A DNA stretch of 64,000 nucleotides from Paraspadella gotoi (taxonomy: Eukaryota; Animalia; Chaetognatha): NCBI GenBank assembly GCA_051294375.1, contig CM119264.1, positions 3,081,575 through 3,145,574 on the forward strand, written 5' to 3'. The position numbers were made by a program, and so were the translations under genes. The notes beneath the pieces are model-generated. The model was not told the DNA's origin, ran no database searches, and was given only the letters and a program-made list of their open reading frames with translations. Below are positions 45,670-60,028 of this stretch, piece by piece (position 1 is the stretch's first letter; each line of letters opens with the position of its first letter).

Positions 45670-47519
45670 TTGTTGTGTTTCTTATCGGTTTTTGTTTTGG
45701 CAGTAATAACAGTATAACTAATTCAATTTTTAAAAACATATTGTATAATATTACGCATTATTAGTTCTGTGGACCAGTAGAACATCTTATTCATTCATGT
45801 CTGTTTAAAAGTCCATGTAAAAGGGAAAATAGACAAAACTGCCAGGGCAGTGATTTCTATCGAGGAATTCGGCAAAAAAACCACTTTTTGCCATATTGCT
45901 AGAATATTACCAACAATATTGATTAAATTTTTATCCTAAGACAAAGAGGGCTGGACTACGGATCAATTGAAGTCATCTGCTGCATTTTCTAATCAAGAAT
46001 AAATATCATTTTTACTACTTTTAATAAAAAAAATTATGTCCATTTTTGTCCATTTTGACTTTTGTCCTGAGATTTGAACGTCAAGATAGTTGAAGAAAAA
46101 TTTTTTACTCCGGATTTCGGGTCCTTCTTATCTTCTTTACTTCTGAGTCAGTTCATTTGACATGGGTCATCTATTGTTTGTCTATGATTTAATTTTTAAA
46201 TTGACTAGTCAAAAACTTACATTTTTATATTTTATTACAATTTGTTAAACAAAAATACTTCAAAATGTCCACAATTCTAATCAAATATTCCCTATCAACG
46301 GTGCTTCTGGTACCTAAAAAATTAGGGCAAAAAATTTAATACTTTTGCTGCAAAAAATTTTTTAAGCCTACTTTTAATTTGTGAGGATTTGTGAGGAGCG
46401 TTTTATCTGAACTAAAGCTCGATTTTTGACTTATTTTATAGTTTTAATAGATGAGAAACACACTAAAGTTTAAAAATGAAAAAAAACCGCCTTCTTTTAT
46501 TGAAAGGGGAAGCGTCAGTAAATTAATTTCTCTCAATCGACAGGTTTTTGCGGAAAAAATTTCCACAAAATTCTGTCGATTTTTTAAATCTGCTAGGCAA
46601 CCAAACTTTGAATAAAATCATATGCTACCCAACATTTTTTTTATTACAATACATTTTAAAGATTTTTATATATCTAGTATGATATAAATGCAAAAAATGA
46701 GTGAGAATGAGAAAAAGATAAGAGAAGAGAGAGCATGGGTGAAAAACAAATTTTCAGGGAGAGAGAGAAATAGTGGAAAGAAATTAATATATGGGGAGAA
46801 GGGGAAAAACAAGAACAATTCAGAGAAAAGAAAAGATAAGAAAGAGGGAAGAAAGAAAATCAGAGAGGGAGAGATAAGCAGAGATAGAGAGGTAGGAAAA
46901 TAAAGGTAAAGGAAGAAAAGAAGGGATGACACAGAGAATATGAGGACAGAAAAGTCGGAGAAAGGGAGAGAAAAATAGAAAGAATGAGAGAAAAAGAGAG
47001 GGACAGAGAGAAGGTTAAAGAGAGAAAAAAATAGTTGGAAAACATGGAAAAAATTAGTATATTAGTAAATACCTGTGGCCGTTTTTTGGCCTAAATATCT
47101 AAAAAACACCGATAGATCTACGAGGCAACTTTAACCTTAAAACATATGCCCCTTCCATAAAAAATCGCTTTTAGTTTTCATCTTAAATAGGGCAGATACA
47201 TAAATAGAATGATGTAGAAAAGAAATTATGTCTTACGTATTTTGAAAGGCACTAGAAATTCTACCTCCAGTTGAGCTTCTATTAAAGGAAACGATAACTA
47301 TAGCCAACCGTCTTTTTAAATAAGCGTGTGTTTATTAAATCAGTTAGGAAAAAAGAAATAATAGTAGTATTATAAGTTTCAATTTACATGTTGAAAAAAT
47401 ACCCAAGACGTTAACTGTGAATCCAAAAAAAATCTAATCCCGCATACCAGAAATGATCCCTGAGTAGAAGCAAGGTTGCTCTAAATAAATTTTTGCGATG
47501 CTTGAATCTTGATAAATTG

Positions 47520-47900
47520 CTTTTTATCAAAGCCATGACCGGCAAAGCCGGTTCAGGCTTGATATTCATTAGGGTGAGCTTCTTTTGTGACGTAGTCGTC
47601 GTCGTCGTCGTCGGTCGTCCGTCACGCTGTTTTTCCCATATAAAAACTACTACGGCTTTTATAGGTTTGGCTGTGGACTTACCGTTTTTTTTTAAAAATA
47701 AAAATATTATGAATTAAATGATAAAAGTTTTACAAAAGTGTGGCATTTCATAGTAAGTTAAAAATTTAGATATGGCTTTTCTCATCTTGAAATAGCTTTG
47801 ATATTTTCATATAACATTTGGATTTAAGTATGTTTTTGTTTGAATTTCCACTTCATTATAATTTACTGCAAAATATGCAAATGAGATTATAGTACTCATT
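47520..47900 (+). mobile_element. DINE-1/Helentron-associated-like element 5' region
   Basis: T-run start, short hairpin accggcaaagccggt, (GTC)n/GTCC microsatellite; 47834-47897 recurs at about 59850-59912. Confidence 0.45.
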
Positions 47901-50160
47901 ATCAATATCCAAATTAAAATATATAGAAAATGCTTTTAATCTAATTTACATATGCAGTATATAAATATTGAAAGAATGAAATTCAAAAATTTTATTTTAA
48001 AAATCTCTAAAAAATGGGAAACTCAACATAACTTTTTAATGAGAACTAATATCGTTAATTTTAAATACAAATAAAAATAAAACTTTTTACAAGCTGGCGA
48101 TTGGAAAATTGAAAAATTTCAAAAATTGTAAACCATTGTAACATTTTTTGCCCTTTCTTTTATTTATTATATTTCCTTTTATTCTTTTATTTCTTTTTTT
48201 TTTTCTGCACTCGACTGTACAGCGGCTTCAAGCAGCTGTCCACTTTGTCTCTCTTTCTCTCTCTCCAGCTTTCTCTTTCTGTCTTGCCCTTTCTTCTTTT
48301 TCGTAATCTTTTGTGTGGATTCGTTCTTTTTTTGAAAAATCATGATTATGTATTTTCTTCTTATGTATATACTCCTCTTTTCGTTGTTTTTGAGGTATTA
48401 GGAAAAATCAGTTTTGTTTGACAAACGATTTATTTGACACAATTTTTAGTCAGACAATTTTCGGCGGCTCTTTCAATTTAGAGCCTTCATCAGTGTTTGG
48501 CAATCATATTTTGTCCTCTGACTATTATATATGCAGCACTTCGCCAAACAATCATGCCATTACATTAAAAAAATTAAATTGTATTTATTATTATTGTAAC
48601 TTTGAACCGGTTTTGGCCCACTATTGGCAATTATATCTAAAATAGAGTTGAATAAGAGAGATATAGTCAAATTAAACATTACTTTTTTTGTTATTCTGAT
48701 AATTTATACTATTATTAATTTATAATATTTTTAGTGTATATATTTAAAATCAATTTTTATCTTTTTTTTAAATAATAATTATTTGAGTGTGATAACTATT
48801 TTATAAATTATTAAATATGGCAAATATAAAAGACCTCGGTCCTCGGTTTCTTCTAAAAAAAGAACAATCAAAAATTCATTCAAGGATTAAAATTTTTAAA
48901 AATCAGGAAATAAAATTTTTTTTGATAAGTTAAAAAAAATATTTGGAAAGTCAACAAATATCATAGTCCGTTAACTGAGTATTTTCAACTATTTTTTGTA
49001 AAGGGATTAATAATTTTGATCATTATTACTGAAAAGAGTTAGTTTTTATTTCTTCTGAATAGGGGTAGCCCCTCTCAATGGGGTGAATTCATTAGTAATG
49101 GGAACAATGCTCAAACGGAAAATTTATACATTTTTAAGTTTTACTTTCAATGTACAAAAATTTCTTATATGGCTCTATAACCAAATATTTTATTTGTAAA
49201 TATTTTTTTTATAGAAAGAAAAGAGTCGTCCCTACTCATATTCGTCGGAAAATGAGTTCACTCTGCAGCGGCGGTCCAGCGGCGGTCCACGGCTGTCCAG
49301 CTTCCTCTCTCTCTCTTTCTCTCTCCCATCTCTCTCTCTCTCCTCTTCTCTCTCTTTTTTCTTTTCGCTCTAAAAACCTTTTATTAATCCGCCATTTATT
49401 CCGCGCTTTTTCTCATACAAAATCCCAATTTAACATCCGAGATTTTCGTGGATTTTTTCCCTAAAAATCTGATTATTGCTTAATATAAACGAGAGAGACC
49501 TAATAATGTGTTTCGTTGGCGGGAAAAACCGTCCAGCCTCTCTCTCTCTCTCTCTCATCCTCTCTCTCTTTCACTTCATACACGCCATTTGTTTTGTTTT
49601 ATTTTTACGATGAATGATTCATCGCGTCAATGAATGACTATCATCGCATCAAGAATGACTATCAATCATGGCTTGATCCTTTGCTTTTAAGATTTTTTTA
49701 CCTTCTTTCTTAAAGGCAATGTCCTGCTTGAACATTAACTATTTTTTTTTCTTACTAAGCCTTCTTTCTTCATTCTTGATAATTGCTTTTTGTGGAAGGT
49801 CCAGACATAGAGAGTAGGGAGACATCTATTATGAATGAGGTAAAACATTGGGAGACATAACACAGTGAAAATGTTGAAACATAGGCAATAATGTGTAATA
49901 GTAAGGCGTGTAAATTTCTAAATTTAATCTTTAATTAAAATTCTAAAAGTTAGGAATGAACACATTATACTAATGAACATTATGTTAATAAAAAAATCTA
50001 TAATAAATTTAACAAAATTTACGGAGTAGGCATATTTATTCTTGTACTAATCCAATAAATGTTAAGATTTCCAAAACAGTTTTTTTAAAAAAATTTTTTT
50101 TTGCAATATTTGCTGAAAAGTGGTTTCTTGCACCAAAGAGTGTACAAAACTGTACATGTA

Positions 50161-51039
50161 CATGGTGACAATTTTACAAGCGCCGGTAGAAATAGCTGTC
50201 ATTTGCAAACCTGTGGTAATTTCATTGATTTTTAAAAAATTAGTTGAGTAGAAAATACTAAAGGTAATTTTATATGTTCAAATTTTATATTGATCCAGTT
50301 AAGATAATGCCTTGACAGTGAGTGGAGAAAGTTGGCTTGTAAAATCGGTTTCATTTTCCAACTAAACTTTTTGTTAGATTCAATTTTTTTCTCCTTACTT
50401 TCAGTAAGTTTTCTGAAGAAATTTGAAAAAAATATTATTAATATTATTATCTTCTGAAAGCCTTTTCAAAATCTAAATAGAATGACTGTATTTACAATGA
50501 TGTAGTTATAAAATTTAACCGGCTAGCTTTAATTTAATTAGGATACTCAAAAATGAGACATCTTTCTACCAAAAAATCAATAACTGGAGGGTAAATTTAA
50601 TGATTTTTATTAAATTGTGATTGGCTTATTCATAAATCTTCTTTTTCAAGGCCTCTTTCATGATACTTATATAAACCAATAATATTTTAGGTTATAATAA
50701 TTTAAACAGGTCATATATTTTAAAAAATATTTAAAATTTTACATAATTCAGCTTTTGACTCTCTTAAATTGAAAAGCCTGGGCTGTTTAAAAAAAGTGCT
50801 AAAAGTTGAAAAAAAAAGAATTTAAACACAGTGAGTTTGAAAATGAAAACCCGATTTTTGCAAGCCAAAAATTTCTCACAACTCATTGTCAGGCATATCT
50901 TAACTGATCAATATAAAATTTAAACAAATAAATTACTTAATTTTTCTACTAAATAATTTTTAAAATCAATGAAATTACCACTGGTTTAGCAAATGACAAG
51001 TCGTTTTTTTAACCGGCGCTTGTAAAATTGTCAACCATG
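50161..51039. mobile_element. Non-autonomous TIR element with long imperfect TIRs and TA duplication
   Basis: TA|CATGGTGACAATTTTACAAGCGCCGGT ... ACCGGCGCTTGTAAAATTGTCAACCATG|TA; inverted similarity extends more than 100 bp; 5'-truncated copy at 59078-59763. Confidence 0.85.
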
Positions 51040-51046
51040 TACAAAA

Positions 51047-51750
51047 TTTTTAGTCGGATCTGCTTATCACAGATCCCGACTCTATAATTCCACTTTGTCG
51101 GTCCATCGGTCCGCCCCCAATATTGTCGGGCACTAACTTATAATCATGTCAGAACAATCGATTTATGATAAATTAATGCAAAAAAAATGATGGTCCTCCG
51201 TACGTACGGCCTCCGTTCCGTGCCGTCCGTCCACCTTAGCAAACCCAATTACTCGTGATTGGATGGATGGATTGGAAAATAAAATTTTGTGTGTGGGTAA
51301 GGGAAGTCCTGTGATTGAGCTGTATATAAAGTTTCGATGGAATCGTCCGAGTGGAAATGAGTTTTAAATGGAAAAAACAAAAAAAACCTGTTTCACTAAT
51401 TGATTAATGCTTGCTTTTTCCTTTTATATTAAATGTAAATGATGTATTAATAAATCAAATAATTAATCAATTAATTAATCATTAGTCAATTAATTATCAG
51501 TAATAATCAATTAATAATTAATAATTTATCAATAATTAATTAATAGTCAATCAATCCGTCCATATGCAAGTTGAAAAAATTCTGGCAAGTTGAAAAAAAT
51601 TATGCGAGTTGAAAAAAATGACTGCGAGTTAAAAAATGATGCGAGTTAAAAAAAAATTTAAAAAAAATAATTTGTGATTTAATCATCTGATTAGCAGATT
51701 ACCGCTTAATTATTGTAGGAAGATCCGACGTTGTTTTGCTCAAACTTGTT
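51047..51750 (+). mobile_element. DINE-1/Helentron-associated-like interspersed element (related copy about 53811-55135)
   Basis: Starts TTTTTAGTCGGATCT, with reverse complement AGATCCGAC near the 3' end, GTCC microsatellite, ends AACTTGTT; internal tandem units atgcaagttgaaaaaa shared with 54875-55050. Confidence 0.6.
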
Positions 51751-54700
51751 TCTAATATTTCCATAGACGTTTCATTGCACTGAATTTTTAAAAGTTTCTC
51801 TCTCTCTCCTATTTATTCATGATTTTGATTGATTGATTTATTGATTGAATGGTTAATTTGGTTAAATAATTGATTTATAAATTTTTTATTGATTAATTTA
51901 GAAATAAGTTAATCATAATGTTATGATCTAGTTTATGAATTAGTAATGTTTTCCCTTCTCTCTCTTTTATTTAGGATTTTCTTGTCACATTCAAATTGGA
52001 CATTCCATCTGATTAGCTATTACTGCTAATTATTGTAGGCAGTTCCGAAATTTTTTGCTCAACATTGTAAAATCTAAATAACATAACAAGAAACTTGACA
52101 TTTTTATGATCTTAACCTGGTGGATGATGGTGTTCCATTCAACATCTTTTGTAAAAAATATTGGTAAATTACTTAATGGCTTTAAAATCTTTTAGTGCTA
52201 AATAAGCCAAGTAAAGGGAAAGTGATAGGCATTAACACTGACAGAAGGGCTGGGCAGCCCATTCACTTTTCATTCACTTTCTAATAGGTCCAATGACAGT
52301 CTTAAACATAAAAGAGGGATTCATGTTTTAAGAAACATAATATTCTTAATATAATTACTCTTGTTATGTATTTTTAAAAGCTTTGTTATAATTCTTTAAT
52401 CATTCATATAGTCTAACTATTTAATCTTAAATGGTTGTTATGGATAAAACAAAATTTAAGCAACAAAATCTTAATAAATGATCTGTCGCCGGCAGCTAAT
52501 TTGCATATTTTGATTGTTCAAAACTGCGGCAGCAAACTGAACGAATTTTAAAAAAAAAATGTAGTAAACCATGTTTAGTAATAGAAAAACAACTTTTAAG
52601 CTGAGTACAGTGTCAAAATTCGGCACTTGACCTAAATCTTATTTATATACATAAATTTATTATATTGACTAGCTTTATTCATTTTAACACTATTGTCACT
52701 TGCCCTTATAACAGATATTGTATGTTTGCTAATTTCCAGGTCATCAAAAATCCTAATTTCTTTTATATCTTAACATGGGAGAATCAAAAATCATAATGGC
52801 TTGCTTTGGGCTTTGTCTTTCTCAGCATTTTGACACCATCACTGATTTGTTAACAGATGATCAGATTCTACCAAAGAGAATTTTTCATGGAGCAACACGT
52901 GGAATTGGGCTATGGGCATTTGTGCTTTTTCGTTCAACAGCGTTTCTGGTGGGCGAATCTGGCGAACATTAATCCCACCAATCCATCATTGTATCCACGA
53001 GACTCAGTTCTGGCATTTGAGAAAATTTGGAACTGTGGTCTATGCGTCTTTGTGTCTTGGAAATGGTGTTATTTTTCACTTGGAGGAGCGTCTTGACCAA
53101 CTACCAAACATTGCAATGCCATTCTGCAATATTGAAGTCATCAAAAATGTCCTTTATCACATCCCTTGATTTTCTGCACATCTTGTTTTGAGTCTTTTTC
53201 CTCAATTTTTTGCGCTTCAGCTTTAGCCAATTATTTTGGCCTTGACAAGTGGAACCACTGAGGCAGTGTTTTCGAGTACGCGGGTAAATCAAGTTTTTGG
53301 AATTATACATGTATAAACATTGGTGTTGAACTTTTCTTTTCGTTGCTTTTTTAAGATTTACTAGAGAAAAAACCCCAAAGTGATAAAGTTAACATACAAC
53401 AATTTTTATGGAAACAAAGAACAGTTTATTCCAAGTGTTGCGCCACAATTACTTTTCTTTTTACTTTCTTATCCTTGTATCTTTCCAATGTATATACGAC
53501 CACCCTGCATCAAGAATCACCTTTTTATTCCTTATAGGTTTGAGATTTTTAAAAAAACGAAAAGCGACGCTACTAGTCTCAATAGATTTGAGGTTTTTTT
53601 GTTTAACCAAATGAGCAACAAACTGAAAGCAATAAGTGTTTTCACGTCAGTTGGGACAGACCGACAGACAGACATACCGACCGACGCGACGGAATGGACC
53701 GACAGACGCGACTGACGTCCGACTCGCGCGCACTTAAAAAAACATGTTTGACTCATCATCACGGCAATAATATAATATAATACGCTAATCAATAGACAAA
53801 ATATATGTGGTTTTTAGATCAGATCTACTTTATCAGCTTCTCGACTTTGTCCGGTCCATCGTCCCCCCCTTATCGTGTTTGGGTAATTAATTAAATCATG
53901 TCAGAACATGAATATGATAAATTATGCAAAAAAATGATGTTCCGTTCTGTTTGTCTGTCACCCATAGCAATAAAACACTAAATTACTGGGTGTTGGATGG
54001 TTTGTATTTAATGAAATATCTGTGTGTGGTTTAGAAAAGTGTGTGATTGAAGCCTGGATATATATTTCGATGGAATCGTGGAGTGAAAATTAGTAATAAA
54101 TGGAGCAACAGAAGTCCATTTACTTAAATATTTTAACTAATTTAATCCATAATTACTCTAATTAATCAATAATTGGGTGATAGTTTTGGAAGAGTACATT
54201 TTGTGTGTGGGTAAGGAAAGTGTGTGATAAAGCTGGATATAAAGTTTCGATGGAGTCGTAAAAAGTGAAATTGAGTAAATAGAAATATAAAAGTAGAAAT
54301 CTACTGTGAAATTAAATTCAATAGGGTCGGTGCGTTCAAAACTTTAGTCTTAAAGTCTACTTTTAAGGTAAAAAAAATAATTTTTTTCAAAAAGTTCAAT
54401 TTTAAATGCTTTTTTATTGTTACTATCTAAATTTATAAAATAACTATAATAATGATAAAAAAAATTCTTTTTTAAATTTCCCCCAATCCTTTTTTTTTTT
54501 AAAACCCTTTTTGAAATTTGGGGAATTTTAATGGAAAATAGAGCAATAAAAAATAAATACAAAATATAATTACAACTTTCATTTTTTTTATGTTTTCTTA
54601 AAAATAAAAATAATAAAATACTAGAGGAAATTTGTTTTGTTTTGATAAAACTAAACAAAATAAATTTAATAACCGTCGCTCCACCCATTTCAAAGGACCT

Positions 54701-56330
54701 CGATGATGAGAAACCTGTATATAAATTTTCAGCTTCATAACACCCAAATTTAATCATCAAAAAGGTAATTTCGATAAGTTGGACGCCGAACGACGACAAA
54801 AGAGGACGACAAGCGACGACGCCAACTTATGTGCAAAAGCGTTACCAAGAATCGTCCATCGCTTTTGCGTTTTGATGCGAGTTGAAAAAATGATGCAAGT
54901 TGAAAAAATAGCGAAGTTAAAAAAAATGATGCAAGTTGAAAAAAATTATACTAGATTAAAAAAGATACAAGATGAAAAAATGATGTGAGTTAAAAATGAT
55001 GTGAGTTTAAATGATGCTAGTTGAAAAATGATGTGAGTTGAAAAATGATGCTAATTTAAAAATGATGTAAAATGACACTACACTAGAGATCTTTACTACT
55101 TAAGAGGACTATTAGTGGTTCCGATTAACAAGTTGAACACATGAGTAGGTGTCATAACTGTAAGATCTATTAGGTTACCAACAACAAAAGTTTAATAAAA
55201 TACTCTATTAGTATTCACGATCCAATTTTCAAGTATGAATTTTTACAATGTATTGTTAACGCGAGGCCACTGGTTTGGCAGTGGATTATAGTATCCTTCG
55301 CCTGGTATATATTAAGATTTTCTATATGGATGATTTTTTCATTAATTTAATTTAATCTAGTGTGAATTTAGAGTTTACATGTGTTTATACAAATTGAGAG
55401 AGAGTATATTTGTCTTCATATCCTTGTTTCTTCTATATCTTATATATAATACATATCCATATACACTCCAGAAGCCATATAACTCTCTAATATTCTTAAT
55501 CTAAAGACTAGTGCTCTTCCGCTCATATCACGTCTACTTGTTCCACGCGATTCTTATTAATTTGGTTTTCTTAAAAAAATTTTAAAACTTAACCGTTAAT
55601 TATAATTTTTTTAACGGTTAAATTCGAATTACGATTTTCCAAATGTGATTTTTTTTCATTTTGTTGTATATATGTCTTAATTTAACAAAAAGAGAGAGGA
55701 AATATTTTTTTTTTTCCCTTTTTTTGCATCTCTTTTTCTTTACCCCGCTGTTTTCCCTTCCTTATTCTCCTCTCCTCACATATTTTTCCCCTGCTCTCTC
55801 TTCTCCACTTTTCCTGATTTTTTCTTTGTTATTTTTATTTTTCTTATCCTAATCTCTCTCTTCCCTTTATTATCTCCTGTTTCCTTTCTTTTTCTTTCTC
55901 ACTTCCCCTTTTTCTTTCCCCCTTTCTTTTTTGCTCCTTTTTTGCCCTTTGTTTTACTTTTTCCTTTTTTTGCCCTTTCAGCAATAATATATTCAATTTA
56001 ACTAAAAAATAAATAATCCAGCTTATTTTACTTTTTCTCTCTTTTCCTTTCCTTCTTTAAAACGATAAAGAAGCAAATGAAATAAAACCATAATAAAAAA
56101 AATTAATAAAAAAACAAATAAAAAAATTATTTAAATATATATTTTATATATTATTAATAATAGACCAGGAACGAATTTAAAAAGAACATATAAAAAGAAA
56201 ATATGAGATATACTTTTTAATTAAACTTGAAAATATATTATTCATCATAAATATTTTGATCAATCGATAAATCAACTAGTCGTTTATCAATAAAGTTAAA
56301 ATTACAAATATTTATATTTATGGTCAGTAG

Positions 56331-56801
56331 GACCAATGTGGGTCATAGTTTATGAAAAGACTAACAACAGAAAAACTAAGCGTGTTAAGAAACAACAACT
56401 CCAAAAAAATGAGGAAGGGAAAAAAAAGAAGAAGTAGAGAAAGAAAAAGCAAAAGAGAGAAAAGAGAAAAACAATATATGAATTAGAATTTGATGGGCTA
56501 TCCCCTTTCGTTTCGTTGTGTATGAAGATAAACAAAATATTTGTTTTGTTACACAAACAAAATATAATTTTGAAGCATAAAAAGACAAACATGTTTCCGA
56601 CTCTGGTTGTCAAGTTTTATCAGCGCATTCAAGAGCCAGAGTTAAAGGGAAAAATACCATTAATACTTTAGTTTGTTTAATTATCATATATTTTATTTGT
56701 TAATTGATAAATTAACCGATCTTAACGGTTAACCATTGAAAAATGTAGTTTTAAACGGGTTAAGCGAATTTCTTAAAAAAATTAACGGTCATCGGAACTC
56801 T
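56331..56801. repeat. Dispersed direct repeat (second copy 58625-59078)
   Basis: Both begin gacca..ggtcatagtttatgaaa(a)gactaacaacag and end aaaaattaacggt.atcggaactct. Confidence 0.9.
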
Positions 56802-57271
56802 CTCCATAAAGACGGGAGAAGGCCAAGAGGAGCGCAAGCTACTTGGTATCCACTTCTCTGCGGATGTCATTATTTAGGATGTTAAGATACTTTTCAGTTA
56901 TTATAAAAACTCTTCATTTTCATTTAGTAAAACCCATTTATTTTGTACCAAAATTGGAATAATGGAACATTTACCCAAATCGCCCATCATCTCTGCACTG
57001 CAAGAGGAAAGTTCTTGCAGGTGGGAGATTAATGAATACAATTTATTCTATCGATCTCTTTTGGTCCTCAAGTATCAGCTTAGCCTCTTTTGCTCGTTAA
57101 ATCTGTGATGAACTGACATCTTTGTTGGAATAATTTGGGCCTCATAGAAAGGTTGCATTGGTCTTGTTTAAATATTTAAATTTGAATATATGTTTGGACC
57201 TAAGGACATCATCTGGTTTGCAATTTTTTCACCATTTGACTCCTAGGATTTTCACTTTTCAGAGTGTGGAG

Positions 57272-57371
57272 NNNNNNNNNNNNNNNNNNNNNNNNNNNNN
57301 NNNNNNNNNNNNNNNNNNNNNNNNNNNNNNNNNNNNNNNNNNNNNNNNNNNNNNNNNNNNNNNNNNNNNNN
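57272..57371. other. Scaffold gap (100 N)
   Basis: Direct reading. Confidence 1.
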
Positions 57372-58624
57372 TTTCTCCCTGTCAAGATAACAGTCACCCT
57401 ATATCTCTAGATAGGTACATACCTTCTGAGTGGCGCCCAAACAGGCCTTTCCCCTAGGTTTAACCTACCCCAGGATTAAGTTTCCCTGCTCTACCGACTA
57501 ACTGGCTCACCGACAAACCCTCCCAACCCACCATAATTTTTTTTCTTCCATCTTTCCTAATCTTTTCTAATTTTTTTTTCTATCTTTCCTCGCGAGTGCA
57601 AAATAAAACTTAAAAAAAAGACTTTCAATTATTATTATTATTATTATTCTATTTGAAGAGCTCCCTTTTCATGAGTTATACTAACATCGAAAAGCAGGAA
57701 TCTTCTTTTAAAGAATTTATTTCGCGTCAGAAAAAACAAGCAAGCGAGAGAGAGCGAAAAATACAAAATTCTACAAAGGCAAAAAAACGATCGAACCTTA
57801 ACGAGAGCACCTCGAAACATTTCTAATATAAGTGAAAATACTGATCGGGCCTTAACGAGAGCATCTCGAATAAACTCTGAAATATTGAAAAATGTGTTTT
57901 TGTTATTTAGGTAAAGTTCGAATTAAAGTATTTGAATGTATTTAAAATACTAAGGCCGCACGATATAGTTTTCATTCCGGAGGCTTCATATTATTAATTG
58001 TACTAATATTTAACAGAGTACTTATTTAAAACGATTTTACCAGTCTTTCATGAGAATTTTTTTCATTTTTTTAAAAAAAGAAGACAGATCGGCCAGAGCG
58101 ATCTACGGAAGGGAGGGAGAGTGGTAATGGGTAAGGCCTATGGTAAGTCAATTAATATCTTTTTGGTAAAGCTTATTATAAGCTGTATAAAGTTTAATGT
58201 AGCTACTAAAATCTTTTATAAGCTTTAAACAGGATATTGAGTGCGTTATGTGGCTTGGTACTTATTTTCCATTTTGCTTAATTTTTAACAATTTTGTTAT
58301 AAAAATACTTATCTTTTAGAATCACTCAATATTTATTTAAACTGATTTTTTTTATTTTTATGGATGAAAACGGGTTTAAATTCTTTGTTTTAGCTATATT
58401 TCACTTAAAAAAGTGAACTTAATCAGCTTTCTTTGATATCAAATTTTGCTAATTTTTTACAATTTTTTTGCATCAAATTGCTTTATTAAATCGATAGAAC
58501 AGGAAAATTGAGCAAGCGAATTTTCATTTTTTTAAACTTGGGCGATAGTATTATATCAAATACAAAAAATTAAGGGGGCACAAGAGGTCATATATCATAT
58601 CTTGTATTTATGCTCCGCGCTATT

Positions 58625-59078
58625 GACCATTGGTCATAGTTTATGAAAGACTAACAACAGAAAGCAAGCATTTAAGAAACTCACAACTACAAAAATAATG
58701 AGGAAGAGAAGAAGTAGAGAAAGAAAAAGAGAAAGCAAAAGAGAGAAAGAGAAAACAAAATATAGAATTCGAATTTGATGTTATCCTTTCGTTTCAATGT
58801 GTTATGAGATTAGCAAAAATATTTGTTTTGTTACAACAACAATTTTATTTGATATAAAAAACAGACATGTTTCGAATCTGTTTCAAGTCTTTATCAGCGC
58901 ATTCAAGAGCCAGAGTTAAAGAGAAAATACCATTAAATACTTTAGTTTGTTTTAAATCTTAATATTTTAAATTTAAAGTTAAATTATAAAATTAACCGAT
59001 CTTAACGGTTAACCGTTAAAAATGTTTGTTTTAACGGTTAAGCGAATTTTCTAAAAAATTAACGGTTATCGGAACTCT
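58625..59078. repeat. Second copy of the 56331-56801 repeat
   Basis: Colinear similarity over about 450 bp. Confidence 0.9.
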
Positions 59079-59763
59079 ACTTTCAGTAAGTTTTCTGAAG
59101 AAATTTGAAATAAAATAATATTAATTTTATTATCTTCTGAAAGCCCTTTCAAATCTAAAAAGAATGACATACTTACAAATACTGTAGTATAAAATTTAAC
59201 TGGCCCAGCTTTAATTTAATTAGGATATTCAAAAACGAGACATCTTTTTAAATTTATGATATTTATCAAATTGTGATTGGCTTTCTTAAATCCTTTTTTC
59301 TCAGTCTCTTTCATGATACTTATATAAATAATAATATTTTATGTTAGAATAATTTAAACAGGTCATATATTTTGAAAAAAGATTTAAAATTTTAAATAAT
59401 TCACTTTTGACACTCTTAATTGAACCAAGGCTGGGCTGCTCACTTTTTATGTTAGAGCTTTAGTAAGTATATCATTCTCTTCATATTTTTAAGGGCTTTC
59501 TGAGGATATTAATATTGTTAATATTTTAATAAATAAAAAGTTTTTAAAAAAATTGAATTTAAAAAGTTAGAAAATGAAACCCGATTTTACAAACCAACTT
59601 TCTCCACTCATTGTCAAAGCATATCTTAACTGATCAATATAAAATTTTAACACATAAATAGTTTTAGTATTTTGTACTCAACTAATTTTTAAAATCAATG
59701 AAATAACCACTGGTTTGCAAATGACAGCATATTTCTACCGGCGTTTGTAAAATTGTCACCATG
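59078..59763 (+). mobile_element. 5'-truncated copy of the 50161-51039 TIR element
   Basis: tactttcagtaagttttctgaagaaatttgaaa matches about 50396; ends TTGTAAAATTGTCACCATG|TA. Confidence 0.85.
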
Positions 59764-60028
59764 TATCTGGTTATCACGTTCCATTAGTGAGGCAGTGAGG
59801 AAGTTGAAATGTGTGTCCATTTTCTTTGTTTCATATCGATTCAAGTATTTTTTGTTTGAATTTCAACTTCATTATGATTTACTGCAATATGCAAATTAGA
59901 TTATAGTACTTTTTCATTAATTTTTTTTGATAGTAAGGTCTGGCGAGATCCTTATACTTTTAAGATTTTTAAAAATTGAATTATCTTGTTATTACTGTCA
60001 GAACAAAAACAGATGAGAAAATAGAACT

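Noticed and set aside
57431-57446. tggcgcccaaacagg resembling a tRNA-Lys primer-binding site
   Set aside because: Not preceded by an LTR-like CA end, no gag follows, and it is next to a gap; too short to support.
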